Virus record (IMG/VR): IMGVR_UViG_3300021375_002481 | Coordinates: 1 to 52,977 of that record | Source: a virus | Taxonomy: Duplodnaviria > Caudoviricetes | Length of the DNA stretch: 52,977 bases | Strand: one strand, 5' to 3' | Part shown: positions 36,601 through 46,021 of the stretch, one piece after another | Numbering within the stretch: position 1 is the stretch's first letter | Layout: the number at the start of each line of letters is the position of its first letter | The notes under the pieces: generated by a model | Told to the model about the DNA's origin: nothing | The model's input: the letters and a program-made list of their open reading frames with translations, nothing else | Databases searched by the model: none | Position numbers and translations under genes: made by a program

Positions 36601-39037
36601 CTTCTTTTGATGAACTTACAAATGGTATAGTTAATTTTTTTAAATCAAACCCACTACCACTTACATATTCTGTTAGTAATTTTGTTGATGAAGATGAACC
36701 ACTTGCTATTAAATCATCATATAATTGGTATCCAATATTTTCTCCACCACATACACCTGTTCCAAAGTTCGGTGATAATTCGATACAATCTTCAAATTCT
36801 TCATTTATAATGGTAATTTGTTCTACATATGGAATCGATTGAATCTTAGATACCCAAATTTGTTCATTTGGCTGTACCTCTCTTGGAAGTGGTTCATATA
36901 GTTTAAATACAAGAGTTTTTTCTTCACTTACTTTAGTTCGTTCACCAGTATCTTCACTAAATTCATATTTAGAAAAGGTTTCAAAATCAGTATCCCAAGA
37001 AGCAATTACTTTATTGTTAGCTTCTCCAAAGTGCATTAAGTGAGTTAAATATTTTGAAGAATCTCCTTTTAGTATATCTGTATCAAACATACTACATAAT
37101 GTTTCTTTAATATCTCTTAAAACAACATCTCTTCTTAATTTAATATTACCCTTATCAAAGTTAATTTGAATTGTTTCTGTTTTACCTTCCGTTTTAGAAT
37201 CACCCTCTTCGTTATAAGGAATTAATTTTAATACAAATGTTGCAACATCTAAATCTTCATCTAAACTATTTCCTGCTTTTTTTAATACATCCTTAATATT
37301 AAAAGACTGTACTCCATCTGCTGGTCTTTTTGATGCTAATTTATATTTATCAATTACTTCATTAATGTATATATCTACATAATTTGTATTTATTGAAGTC
37401 CATGAAATTTCAAAATCAACATTATACCCTTGATAATCTTTACCTGTTATTACTTGAGGATACTCTATTGATATGATATCAGGACCTGGTAATAAATCTT
37501 TTCTTTCAGCTCTAAATTTTATTGGAACAATATTTCCACTACCATCTGTATCACTTACTGCTTGAAAATATGCAGTATAATTACCATTTCCATTAAACAA
37601 TTCAGATTGATTTATGGTAACTACACCACTTGTGTTTTGTTTAGATATAGTATCACCAAATGTAAAGTTTACATAACTTGCATTAGTAGAACCAAACCTT
37701 ATAGTAATATCATCACCATTGGGTTGTCCTTCTCCAAAATAAATTATATTAGAATCACCTTCAAGTTGAGCCGTTGTACTTACATCCTTTGGACCAGCAG
37801 CGGTAGTTCCTCTTGTTTCGGTTGAAGGTACATAATAAGTTTCTCTTCTGTACTTATATGTTGGAGTATCTTTTGGTGGGTCTGGAACTGCGGTTTTACT
37901 TACTACAACTTTTAATTTATATTTACCAACCGCTAATGGTTGTGAAAACGATTTATCGTTACCACTTGATAGTAATCCCCCTCCTATATTAAATAATTCA
38001 TATTGATAATTGCAAGTACTATCTGTTCCTGATAATGTTACAGATAATGCTGAACCAATAGAGTTATCATCTACTAATTCTCCACCAGTTTCACCCGCTT
38101 TACCTTTTCCTGATATACTTGTGGATTTATCAGCACCAGTCGTTCTATCAATAGGGTTTAATGTTACATTTGCTGTAACATTATCTGGTGCTTCCAAATC
38201 AATATCAACTAAAATTCCTTTTGGAATATCTGGAATTATTTCTTCTTTTTTAAACTTATATATACCTTTAAATGATGCACCCGATTTTCCTTGTCTTATT
38301 GTTTTTACAATTCCACCATTATTTCTTATTACTACCTCATATAAATTACCACCTGCAGTGTTGGTTACATCCGGATTTGTTTGAGTTGATATTTGAAATT
38401 TATCAGTAGATATACCATATCCTCCGGCTTTTGCTGTAAAAGTTTTTGTTTGAGTAAAATCAGACGAAGACCATGTGGTTTTTGTTTTTCCGTTATTACT
38501 TACATCAAAAGTAATGTTTGGGTCAGAAGCCCAAGTTAATGAAAATGTAAAATGAATTGGAATTGTTGGAAATGATAAACCACTAAAATCCAAATCACCA
38601 AAATCTAAATCAATGTAATCGTTGAGCTTTCCGATATTTCCAATACCAAGTTGATTGAATCCATTTAAGGCTGGGTTTACAATTGGTACAATGGGAGCTG
38701 GTTGTGATATTGGTGCTTGCAATGCACTTATCGGACCAACTGGTAGTGGATTATTCTGTGCGATTTTATCTAAAGCTTCTTCCGCGGATATACTAAAATT
38801 TCTACCATCATTAGTGTTTAAATCAGTAATATTTGCATCTGCAATTCCAAATGTATTATTAAAGGCGGGTTGAGGAGTAGTAGGTAATGATTGAGAAAAC
38901 GCACCACCCATACTCATTGAGTTCATACCACCCGAACCAAAGCTACTTACTGGGTTCCAGCCATATCCAGTCCATTCGTATTGTCCATCGAATGAAATTT
39001 CACCTCGTTGTGTACCTTTATAAGTTGGTATAGCCAT
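33650..39037 (-). CDS. Large baseplate wedge-like structural protein with LamG-like domain
   Basis: LLSQMLESLGW...IPYLLKHKGSSRAVKAALACYG resembles P2 gpI / T4 gp7-type wedge segments. LamG-like LKIGDG...FTGSIDEFRYW. Confidence 0.6.
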   Translation of the reverse strand: MAIPTYKGTQRGEISFDGQYEWTGYGWNPVSSFGSGGMNSMSMGGAFSQSLPTTPQPAFNNTFGIADANITDLNTNDGRNFSISAEEALDKIAQNNPLPVGPISALQAPISQPAPIVPIVNPALNGFNQLGIGNIGKLNDYIDLDFGDLDFSGLSFPTIPIHFTFSLTWASDPNITFDVSNNGKTKTTWSSSDFTQTKTFTAKAGGYGISTDKFQISTQTNPDVTNTAGGNLYEVVIRNNGGIVKTIRQGKSGASFKGIYKFKKEEIIPDIPKGILVDIDLEAPDNVTANVTLNPIDRTTGADKSTSISGKGKAGETGGELVDDNSIGSALSVTLSGTDSTCNYQYELFNIGGGLLSSGNDKSFSQPLAVGKYKLKVVVSKTAVPDPPKDTPTYKYRRETYYVPSTETRGTTAAGPKDVSTTAQLEGDSNIIYFGEGQPNGDDITIRFGSTNASYVNFTFGDTISKQNTSGVVTINQSELFNGNGNYTAYFQAVSDTDGSGNIVPIKFRAERKDLLPGPDIISIEYPQVITGKDYQGYNVDFEISWTSINTNYVDIYINEVIDKYKLASKRPADGVQSFNIKDVLKKAGNSLDEDLDVATFVLKLIPYNEEGDSKTEGKTETIQINFDKGNIKLRRDVVLRDIKETLCSMFDTDILKGDSSKYLTHLMHFGEANNKVIASWDTDFETFSKYEFSEDTGERTKVSEEKTLVFKLYEPLPREVQPNEQIWVSKIQSIPYVEQITIINEEFEDCIELSPNFGTGVCGGENIGYQLYDDLIASGSSSSTKLLTEYVSGSGFDLKKLTIPFVSSSKEVSGSLLVETDSTWAWNNFVKYSSANERVNNFIYKIKLIEFYEDKIQKLESGSFNTGSVTLQNEINRTSESVQEVKDNFDAFETFLFTSSSADGLTYPGAGGNLISASDSSDATDWYNSVSYNAQNYDLYNKDYLVNNLPLHIQNSEDSEEFKMFFNMMGHHFDVLYLYTKAIAEKKNLEHKYDVGINDSLLSQMLESLGWDTKVPAKAQSLWEYAFGETSDGTSVSNLTGKEIQNQVWRRLLNNIPYLLKHKGSSRAVKAALACYGVPSSMLTIMEFGGPRNADGGVSKFSFEDRTAALNISGSESVLVPWKQYSGTSDYPNAVEIRVNSDKRQDQTFVTSSLWNVGVQHTNGTNGVLTLTVADSSSAYMVTSSAFPFFNDEYTQIVVEKSNNTFTVKGKEAFQGRIRSEVSASIEVENHIWQTETTLKIGDGSTFTGSIDEFRYWTYPLSESRVDNHTLMPDAIDGNHHSSSTEDLLLRLDFEYPKDRNVDTAIKNVSINESYLVPFVTASNFDSNSSYPYHYTTYERTVTANVPSSGFNVSQKFRFEEQQGLSEDIENGLTLSYRDRSTKKSFDTSPIDTNKLGLFFSPVKEVNMDILKSIGQFELDQYIGDPSDEYKYEYKELRELRNYYFERYNLNLYEYIQLVRYIDQSLFEVLESLVPARAIVTSGLLIEPHILERNKVKRTKPTAVEFGSKFQDSEIDLREAMQLAMIPITQWPADIQLKERIKLAGLQNQYDSVIASSNPTFKGNYANIIGRLNNLTPTFVSTYDLIDGTITDSKIVDKLLKQFEAIGAQDQIGISPDSLTNGLAGITAVNGYAVITKLDGNGTLIKETKQVYLVTEEFEISEPIQVDSNDASLGETTQKVTKTRKYIVFAEVGRFTSGPRTGELFGPKIGERGKLGGTITAVERVNASGGKRAGVGTLGSKYGNRGFKSPSRQTSLTTLDGKSPIETFCTNPNILKVSDTGRGAGEPILEVDVK

Positions 39038-39061
39038 TTCTACTTTTCTCTCCTATTAGTA

Positions 39062-39070
39062 TATAAATAT
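39062..39070 (-). promoter_or_regulatory. ATATTTATA putative late promoter
   Basis: 24 nt upstream of the ATG at 39037. Confidence 0.6.
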
Positions 39071-39098
39071 CTTTATAGTTTATTTATTTACTTTACTT

Positions 39099-41132
39099 TT
39101 ATACTTCAAATTTACCTCCAGTACCACCAGTGTAAACTGTGTCTCCACCCATATTACCAAAACCTAGATTACCTGATGGAACTCCTTCTTGTAATAAATA
39201 ATGCTTTCTAGTTATACCACTACTACTTCTTACTGTAATTGACCCGCCCTTATCTGAAGTTCCTACTTTTCTAAAACAATCTTGTACTTCAATAATTCCA
39301 TTTCCGGTTCCACTATAAGGATGATAATTAATTCCTGCTATACCGGTTGTTGAAACTGTCCAACTATCGGTAGAAGTTACTCTAATTAAGTTTTGACCAG
39401 ATACCGCACCTGTATATGTAAATTTAATAGTTTGTGGTCCATTTGTATTAAATGCTGGTTTCGGTGGAGCTGGTGGATTAGGCGGTGGAGGAGGAGGTGG
39501 TGGACTAACCTTGGTAGTACCAGCTTGTGTTATTTTAACACTTGTAGTTGGGTTACCAGGTAAAGTAGAACTAAAGCTTATAGTACCACTACGTGCAGCA
39601 CCATCGTTTCTCTCAACCTGTACTCTTAATATACAAGCTCCAGTACTATAACCTAAATTTCTTGAACCGAAGGTCAGTTTACACCAACTTGGTAAACCAG
39701 TAATCTTAGCTTGGTGTGCATTTGCACCAAATTTTTTAATATTCGATGGAGATGCTTGTATTTTAATTTGTTGTATTAATCTTCCGTTAGCAGGCGAAGG
39801 ATTGGCTTCATGAAGATTTGCGCTAATACTATATGTTGATGGGCCAGGTGGTGGTGGTGGCGGTGGATTAGGTGGTGGAGGAGGAGGTGGTGGGGGTGCA
39901 GGATATACACACGCTCCATAACTTCCATAATTTGATGCATTTGGGTCTGTACACTTTGGTGGATATACACAAGTACCATCCGAACCATAGTTTGTTGCAT
40001 TTCTATCATCACAGACCTTTACATCTCTATATTTTTTTGTTTGTATATCATAAACACATGATGAAGGTATAGTTGCATTTGGGTTATAATTTTTAGCACT
40101 TGAATCCATACATCCTCGTATTTGTGCTGAGAGTACTGGTGGTTTTGTTGATGCGTACTCATCATTACTTCGTACTGTTCTTAAGATTTTTTTAATCTCA
40201 TCTAATGTAGTTTGTTGAGTTTTTGATTTTAAAGTATTTAATCTTATACTTTGTCTTGGTAATGTAAACTCAGCCGCATCTGATGCCATATTACATATCT
40301 CATCATATACGTTTTCAATATCAAACTCTACACCAAATGAATCACCAGTTGGTTGCCCAAAGTTTGATTCAAATGGATTATAATACTTATTCATACGATA
40401 ATTATCAATAATCTCTTGAAGTAATTTTTTTACTTGTGTTATGTAAATTTCAAAATTTAATAATTTAAATTCCGTTTCTATAAGTTTAATATAATCCTCA
40501 CCCTCAGATATTGTTCCTTTTTTCATCAACATCTTTTTTACAATTTCAGTAACATCAAGTTGATTTACAAAATCATCAAAGAATATTAATATATCTGCAG
40601 TAAATGTTCCACAGTTTACAAAAGTATCATATCTTGCTTGTAAATCTGAATTAGCAATAGCTGTACCATCTTCTACAACAGGCAATACTCGTACTTCAGT
40701 TCTTGAAGGGGATATCTCATGTATCCAAACTTTATCAAACAATCTTGGTTCAGAACCTAATCTTCTATTTAGTAAAGTGATTTGTGTTTTGAATACCCCA
40801 TTAGAATATCCAGCTTCTTTAATAAGTTTTTCGGTATCTATATAATACTCTTTAGCATTATTTGTTTTCTTATTAAACTTATTTTCAGGAACTTTATCAA
40901 AGTAAGCTTTTATATTTTCATCAGTATAAGAAATATATCTTACTTTTTTATCATTTACAATTGCTTGAGGTAATTGATTATCAGAAGCATCATAGATTAC
41001 AAATTCAATGATATCACCAACATCGAATCCGAAATATCCACGCTTGATTTCCTTTTCAAAGATTTGTCTATCTTTGTCATCAAGTCGGTATCCCTTCTTT
41101 TCTACTACTTCTTTAAATCCTTTTATTGCCAT
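39099..41132 (-). CDS. Structural protein with Cys-containing repeats, poly-Pro linkers and two BACON/Ig-like domains
   Basis: IHEISPSRTEVR core; 3x C-x-D-x-x-A-x-NY...CVY; two poly-Pro tracts; LPSWCK...NDGAARSGTISF...ITQAG and VTSTDSWTV...SGTGNG. Confidence 0.6.
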   Translation of the reverse strand: MAIKGFKEVVEKKGYRLDDKDRQIFEKEIKRGYFGFDVGDIIEFVIYDASDNQLPQAIVNDKKVRYISYTDENIKAYFDKVPENKFNKKTNNAKEYYIDTEKLIKEAGYSNGVFKTQITLLNRRLGSEPRLFDKVWIHEISPSRTEVRVLPVVEDGTAIANSDLQARYDTFVNCGTFTADILIFFDDFVNQLDVTEIVKKMLMKKGTISEGEDYIKLIETEFKLLNFEIYITQVKKLLQEIIDNYRMNKYYNPFESNFGQPTGDSFGVEFDIENVYDEICNMASDAAEFTLPRQSIRLNTLKSKTQQTTLDEIKKILRTVRSNDEYASTKPPVLSAQIRGCMDSSAKNYNPNATIPSSCVYDIQTKKYRDVKVCDDRNATNYGSDGTCVYPPKCTDPNASNYGSYGACVYPAPPPPPPPPPNPPPPPPPGPSTYSISANLHEANPSPANGRLIQQIKIQASPSNIKKFGANAHQAKITGLPSWCKLTFGSRNLGYSTGACILRVQVERNDGAARSGTISFSSTLPGNPTTSVKITQAGTTKVSPPPPPPPPNPPAPPKPAFNTNGPQTIKFTYTGAVSGQNLIRVTSTDSWTVSTTGIAGINYHPYSGTGNGIIEVQDCFRKVGTSDKGGSITVRSSSGITRKHYLLQEGVPSGNLGFGNMGGDTVYTGGTGGKFEV
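39461..40116 (-). repeat. Two poly-proline tracts and three CxDxxAxNY...CVY repeats
   Basis: GGT/GGA-rich plus-strand runs at ~39461-39504 and ~39841-39900. Repeats GCMDSSAKNY..CVY, VCDDRNATNY..CVY and KCTDPNASNY..CVY. Confidence 0.85.
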
Positions 41133-41145
41133 CTTTATTTTTTAA

Positions 41146-42474
41146 TTAAATATTTTGAACTACTTCATTTTCATTACTTGTAGTACTACTAGAATTTGAA
41201 TATCCCCAATGGTCATGAACTTTTTGGCTACTATACCCTTGCCAATAGTGAGCTCTTAATACTAATTTTTCATTCTTTGGACTAGTGTATGTGATTTTAC
41301 CATCATCAGTTCCTTTCCCAAGGCCCTTTCTCCGGTTTGTTATAATTGCTTTTGATCCTGGTTGAAGTTGACCCGTTGTATCTGGAGTAGCTCCTGGTAT
41401 GGTAATACTCATAGGTAATGTTGAAGGGTCTCCACTTCCATTTAAATTTTGTTTTGTTGCAGTTAACGTTACTGATTCCTCTGATATATTATAGAATGTA
41501 ATTTTCCTACCAGCTAAATGCCCTCTCCAATGTTTTCTCTTATCATCAAAGAAAAACTGCCAATTATTACCACCATCCGTATTAGCTGTATGGGCGGCTT
41601 TATGTCTAGAATGATTTACTAAGTATCCAATTGTACCATCAACTTGCCATGTATTTGGTAAGGCAAAAGATAATAAATCTCTTAAGTTGGTTTGATTTGC
41701 TAAATCTATTTCTGTTTGTGCTGCATCAGCAGCATCAGCAGCTGCTTTTTCTGCAGCTGCTTGAGCATCTGCAGCTGCTTGAGTTTGAATATCTAATATA
41801 TCTAACTGAGCTGCCACTTGTCCTTGTAATGATGCTACAATCTGTCTTAATTGAAGTATCTGTTCTCTTAGAGTATCTTTCTGTGCAGTTAATCCCTCAA
41901 CCTGTGCTTGTAGTGAAACTCTTGCCGCAGTTTCTCGTGTTCCCTTAATAATTGCTTGTGAGAATTTAGAACTTAAATCACCAAAGGAAGTTGCCTGTTG
42001 TTGAAGTTGGTTTTCAGCAATTGCTCTTGCTACTTGAGCTGCATCTAACTGAGAACGTAATGATTGAATCTCACCTTGCAATTGAGATATCTGGGCTTGT
42101 AAATCTCTAATTGTATTATTAGCTTCTGCTAAATCGCTTACTGCTTTATTGTATTTTTCTAATAAATCATCGTATAGTGCTTTAGGAACAACATCTGGTG
42201 TTGGTCTTGGTGGTGGGACTATTAACTCATCAATTACAGTATCAACTGCTTTTTTTAGTTGCTCTTCTTCATACTTAGGTTTTTCAATGAAGTTAGTTAA
42301 TTGACCATCTCTATCACCTTCAATGTGTTCATATGGTTGAGAAGCAGATTGAGAAACTATGGTAGTAGAACCATCAATAAATGTATGAGTTTTAGAAATA
42401 GGGTCCTCAGAGATGATTGCTCGTGAACCACTCTGTGCTAATTCTGAAACTCTAAGTTTATTTTCTAATGCCAT
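41146..42474 (-). CDS. Coiled-coil structural protein
   Basis: Long Q/A/L heptad region (aa ~100-260) followed by a beta-rich C-terminal domain. Lies in the baseplate module. Confidence 0.55.
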   Translation of the reverse strand: MALENKLRVSELAQSGSRAIISEDPISKTHTFIDGSTTIVSQSASQPYEHIEGDRDGQLTNFIEKPKYEEEQLKKAVDTVIDELIVPPPRPTPDVVPKALYDDLLEKYNKAVSDLAEANNTIRDLQAQISQLQGEIQSLRSQLDAAQVARAIAENQLQQQATSFGDLSSKFSQAIIKGTRETAARVSLQAQVEGLTAQKDTLREQILQLRQIVASLQGQVAAQLDILDIQTQAAADAQAAAEKAAADAADAAQTEIDLANQTNLRDLLSFALPNTWQVDGTIGYLVNHSRHKAAHTANTDGGNNWQFFFDDKRKHWRGHLAGRKITFYNISEESVTLTATKQNLNGSGDPSTLPMSITIPGATPDTTGQLQPGSKAIITNRRKGLGKGTDDGKITYTSPKNEKLVLRAHYWQGYSSQKVHDHWGYSNSSSTTSNENEVVQNI

Positions 42475-42475
42475 T

Positions 42476-43540
42476 TTATTTCTCTATTGTAAAAGTTAAA
42501 TCCTTATCATCAAAATATTCTATAACACCATCTCTATTAGTTTTAATCTGAATATAGTAATCTCTATTATATTCCCAATTTGTTAAATCTAATTTGAAGA
42601 AGTTACCATTTGAATCACACGAAACTTTTGTGTAATCATCATCAAATGGAATAACTATCTCATCAGTTAATACATCTTTTATCTGATAATAAGTAGTTGA
42701 TGGTAAAAAGTATAAATCTGTATATGAGTATTCATTAGTATATGTTTTAAGAGGATATTTTTCTCTTCCGAAAACTTTGATTGTAGGTTTACTTCCACGC
42801 TTGTATCTAGTCTTTAATCTTTTGAATGTTACATGAATATCATCAGAGGTAAGTTCTGTTAGAGAGCCAGTAGAGAATGAAGAATCATCCCAACCTATTC
42901 TTAGTTTCGGTTGGTATATTGTATTTGTTTCTTTTGAGAAGAATTTTAATTGCCCATAATCATTAGTATCATTTTCTAATGATGTATCGTGTTTTAAAAT
43001 AAATCCCTCATTTGGTAGAGTTCCATCAATCCAAGCATCCATAGTTGTTTTAACATCCATTTCTATATCAGATGATTCGTATGAAAACGATTGTGTTGAG
43101 AATGAACCAGTGAACCAAGTTCCACCTTTACCATTAAATGAACCAGTTGTATCAGATGAATGTTCCTCTAGTGATAACCAATCTTGTCCTGTTCTTACAG
43201 AGTTCCAAGATACGCCATCAGTTGTAATATCATCAAAACGAGTACCAATACCCATTTCCCATGATTGTGTTACTGCATATGCATAAATTGTATAATCGAT
43301 TGGAATTTCAGAAGATTCACATTCTTTAAGAATCATATCTGCTGCACTCATTGTTACTTCACCACTTGCAATAGATTGTGAAAGTGGAGTTGTTTCAAAC
43401 TTAATTACAGAATGTGCAATATCTTTTAAACTTCCATAGTAAGTTTTAGAAACTTCTAAGATTTCATCAAATCCAGTATTCTGAGATGGTTGTTGTAAGT
43501 AAATAGTTGCATCTTTAGATGCTGTTACGAATTGATACAT
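42476..43540 (-). CDS. Structural protein with DNRLRE-like domain
   Basis: ASKDATIY...NTGFDEILEV, VTQSWEMG, NEGFILK and FFSKETNTIYQPKLRIGW. Confidence 0.55.
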   Translation of the reverse strand: MYQFVTASKDATIYLQQPSQNTGFDEILEVSKTYYGSLKDIAHSVIKFETTPLSQSIASGEVTMSAADMILKECESSEIPIDYTIYAYAVTQSWEMGIGTRFDDITTDGVSWNSVRTGQDWLSLEEHSSDTTGSFNGKGGTWFTGSFSTQSFSYESSDIEMDVKTTMDAWIDGTLPNEGFILKHDTSLENDTNDYGQLKFFSKETNTIYQPKLRIGWDDSSFSTGSLTELTSDDIHVTFKRLKTRYKRGSKPTIKVFGREKYPLKTYTNEYSYTDLYFLPSTTYYQIKDVLTDEIVIPFDDDYTKVSCDSNGNFFKLDLTNWEYNRDYYIQIKTNRDGVIEYFDDKDLTFTIEK

Positions 43541-45573
43541 TATACGACCCTCCCTTTTATATCCTTACCAGGATATTTTAATTCAAATACTGATGGGTCT
43601 AAAGATGGATAAACCATTTTACCTTTAGTTGCTGATTCAATATTGTATTTTATTTTAGAGTATGAACCTCCACATTTATTTACAATTTCACATTTTGGAA
43701 CAGATTGAACTCCCTCTACACCAGCAATTAGTAATTCAATTTCAGAAATATTAATAGCTTGATTAAATGTTGAATTATCAATATTAAAATGCTTTTCAAT
43801 CTCTGTAATACATTGTAGTAGAACTTCTCTTTTGTTATATGAATTATAAACCATTATTTCAAAATCAATTCCTATGTTAATTATAAACCCATTTAATAAA
43901 TTTATACCATCTGTTAACATTCTATATTCTGATAAATATGTTTTTAGATTTTCTTTAACTGCTTGGTTTAAGTTTGTTAAATGTTTATTAGAATTATATC
44001 CTAACACATATAAATTAATAGCAAATGGATTATTTTTTTCTTGATTTGTAGTTTTTCCAACTAAGAACCTTTGAACTTCTGTTTTTATTTCGGTCTCTGT
44101 TTTATTTTCACCTCTTAATTGTTGAACCAATCCTGCAAATTCATCAAGAACATCTGGTGTGTTTAATATTGAAGATGGTGAATTATTATCCAACTCTCCA
44201 TCTGGAGCAACATATGCTTTTGCAATTCCCCCATACTTTGCTGGTAAGGCTAGTGCCCTAACTTGATAATCTTTTCGTGTTACTGCTCTATTTTGTGAAC
44301 CAAAATATGCTAATCCATTCTGTCTAATTTCTTCTAAAGTTTCGGGGCCTCTACCACCACTAGCAGGAATTTCATTTTCAGCCGCAATTGAATTCTTTAC
44401 AGTTCCATACATTTGAAGTTCATCATCATCAAATAAAGATAAATCTTCATCAAATTCAATGTTTGTAATACGCTTAATCTCTCCTTTTGCAACATTTGAT
44501 TCCACACCACCACCAACTAAATATCTTACAGTAAGTGTAGTATTACTTGGTGCTTGTCCGTATGATTTAGTTTTCAAGAAGTTAGCAGGGTCAAATGATG
44601 CACCCAATCTATCAATTGAGTTATTTAATCCCAAACCTACATTTTTAAAATTTGGTAGTAAAGTTTCATCTGAAGATGCTGAATTACCTCCTCCAAAAAT
44701 AATACTTGTTGTATTATCTTCATTTATCTTAGTAGTAAATCTTCTAGAGGTTTTTGTTACTTTTAAAACCTGAGGTACTGATTCTTTAAATTGTGCTAAA
44801 TCTTTATCAAATTGAGAGGTGTTTACATAATCAGTATAAACTAACTCTTGTGCTAAATAAGGAACTTCATACCACTTATTCCCATTAGAATCTCTTACAT
44901 CATATATTTCAATAATATTTTTATCTGAAAAATTTATTGAATCAAACTGTTTAGGGCTATTAAAAGATTTATTTATAATTTTAAGTTCTGCAGAAATTGC
45001 TGAAACATATTTTCTTACTAAATAAAAGGTAGGTTCTTGTAGTTCGTTTCTTTGATATACACTCACTTCTCTATCGGTGATATCATTAAAATCTACAAGC
45101 TCTGTTGTTCTAAAAGAAACACCCGTACTTGATGCTAATTCCATACCTTCTTTAATTCTAAGAAGATATCCTGCATCTAATTCAAATCGATTATCACCAT
45201 CATATAAATCACCACTTGCTTTTCTTTTACTTGGAACAAGTTGATAAACCGACATAGTGGTAAGTGCAGCAGATGTAGTTTTTGGTTTATATCCAAGGAA
45301 GTTAGATAAGTTAATAACATTAGCTCTATCTTCTGCAGAGTGAAGCATTGACTCTTTTAAAGTATCATCTATATAGTAACCAAGAACATCTCCTAAATAA
45401 GATGCCATTTCAATAAACATCATTCCTGGTGATGCTTCATTAAAATCTGAATATGATGTTGGGAAATATGTTTTGGCATACTCAATAAGATTTTCTCTAA
45501 ATTGACCGAAATCTTTATTTAGATATTTTATATCTCTACCCTTATTTTTTTTATTTGTTGTATTTAAAGCCAT
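43540..45573 (-). CDS. Baseplate wedge protein, T4 gp6 / baseplate J-like
   Basis: DFGQFRENLIEY...YSDFNEASPGMMFIEMASY...LGYKP; ASGGRGPETLEEIRQNG...QNRAVTRKDY. Directly follows the gp25-like gene. Confidence 0.85.
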   Translation of the reverse strand: MALNTTNKKNKGRDIKYLNKDFGQFRENLIEYAKTYFPTSYSDFNEASPGMMFIEMASYLGDVLGYYIDDTLKESMLHSAEDRANVINLSNFLGYKPKTTSAALTTMSVYQLVPSKRKASGDLYDGDNRFELDAGYLLRIKEGMELASSTGVSFRTTELVDFNDITDREVSVYQRNELQEPTFYLVRKYVSAISAELKIINKSFNSPKQFDSINFSDKNIIEIYDVRDSNGNKWYEVPYLAQELVYTDYVNTSQFDKDLAQFKESVPQVLKVTKTSRRFTTKINEDNTTSIIFGGGNSASSDETLLPNFKNVGLGLNNSIDRLGASFDPANFLKTKSYGQAPSNTTLTVRYLVGGGVESNVAKGEIKRITNIEFDEDLSLFDDDELQMYGTVKNSIAAENEIPASGGRGPETLEEIRQNGLAYFGSQNRAVTRKDYQVRALALPAKYGGIAKAYVAPDGELDNNSPSSILNTPDVLDEFAGLVQQLRGENKTETEIKTEVQRFLVGKTTNQEKNNPFAINLYVLGYNSNKHLTNLNQAVKENLKTYLSEYRMLTDGINLLNGFIINIGIDFEIMVYNSYNKREVLLQCITEIEKHFNIDNSTFNQAINISEIELLIAGVEGVQSVPKCEIVNKCGGSYSKIKYNIESATKGKMVYPSLDPSVFELKYPGKDIKGRVV

Positions 45574-45579
45574 AATTTA

Positions 45580-46011
45580 TTATCCCTGAACTACAAACGT
45601 TACGTTATCGGTTTCTATATTATCTCCCATAGAAAACTTAATATCCATACCAACTTGGTTTTTATCTTTCATTTCATCGGTCAATTCAATATTAATTTCA
45701 TCTATTTTTATATACGGTAACCAAAAGCTAACACTTTCAGTTATTACTCTCTGTATATTAGTTTCAAACTCTACATCATCCATTTGTTCAAATAAGAATG
45801 AATGTAATCCCGTTCCAAACTCAGGCTGCATTATTCGTTCTCCCTTTGCAGTTAAAAGAAGATTTCTTAAATTTGTTTTAGCCGCATCAAATGATGAATA
45901 CGTTGGTTTGAACAAAGTGCCACTATTGGTAGGATATTCAAAACCATATGCATAGTTATCGAATTCACTATCCGTATCTTTTACTATTCTTTTTGGTAAA
46001 ACGTATGACAC
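45580..46011 (-). CDS. Baseplate wedge protein, T4 gp25 / GPW-like
   Basis: NLRNLLLTAKGERIMQPEFGTGLHSFLFE...WLPYI. GTG start with AAGGAG site. Confidence 0.9.
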   Translation of the reverse strand: MSYVLPKRIVKDTDSEFDNYAYGFEYPTNSGTLFKPTYSSFDAAKTNLRNLLLTAKGERIMQPEFGTGLHSFLFEQMDDVEFETNIQRVITESVSFWLPYIKIDEINIELTDEMKDKNQVGMDIKFSMGDNIETDNVTFVVQG

Positions 46012-46021
46012 TAATTACTCC

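Noticed and set aside
25848-40012. Short minus-strand ORFs nested in other frames (25848..26036, 27367..27564, 39776..40012)
   Set aside because: Entirely inside well-supported genes. The His-rich 39776..40012 is just an alternative frame of the poly-Pro tract.
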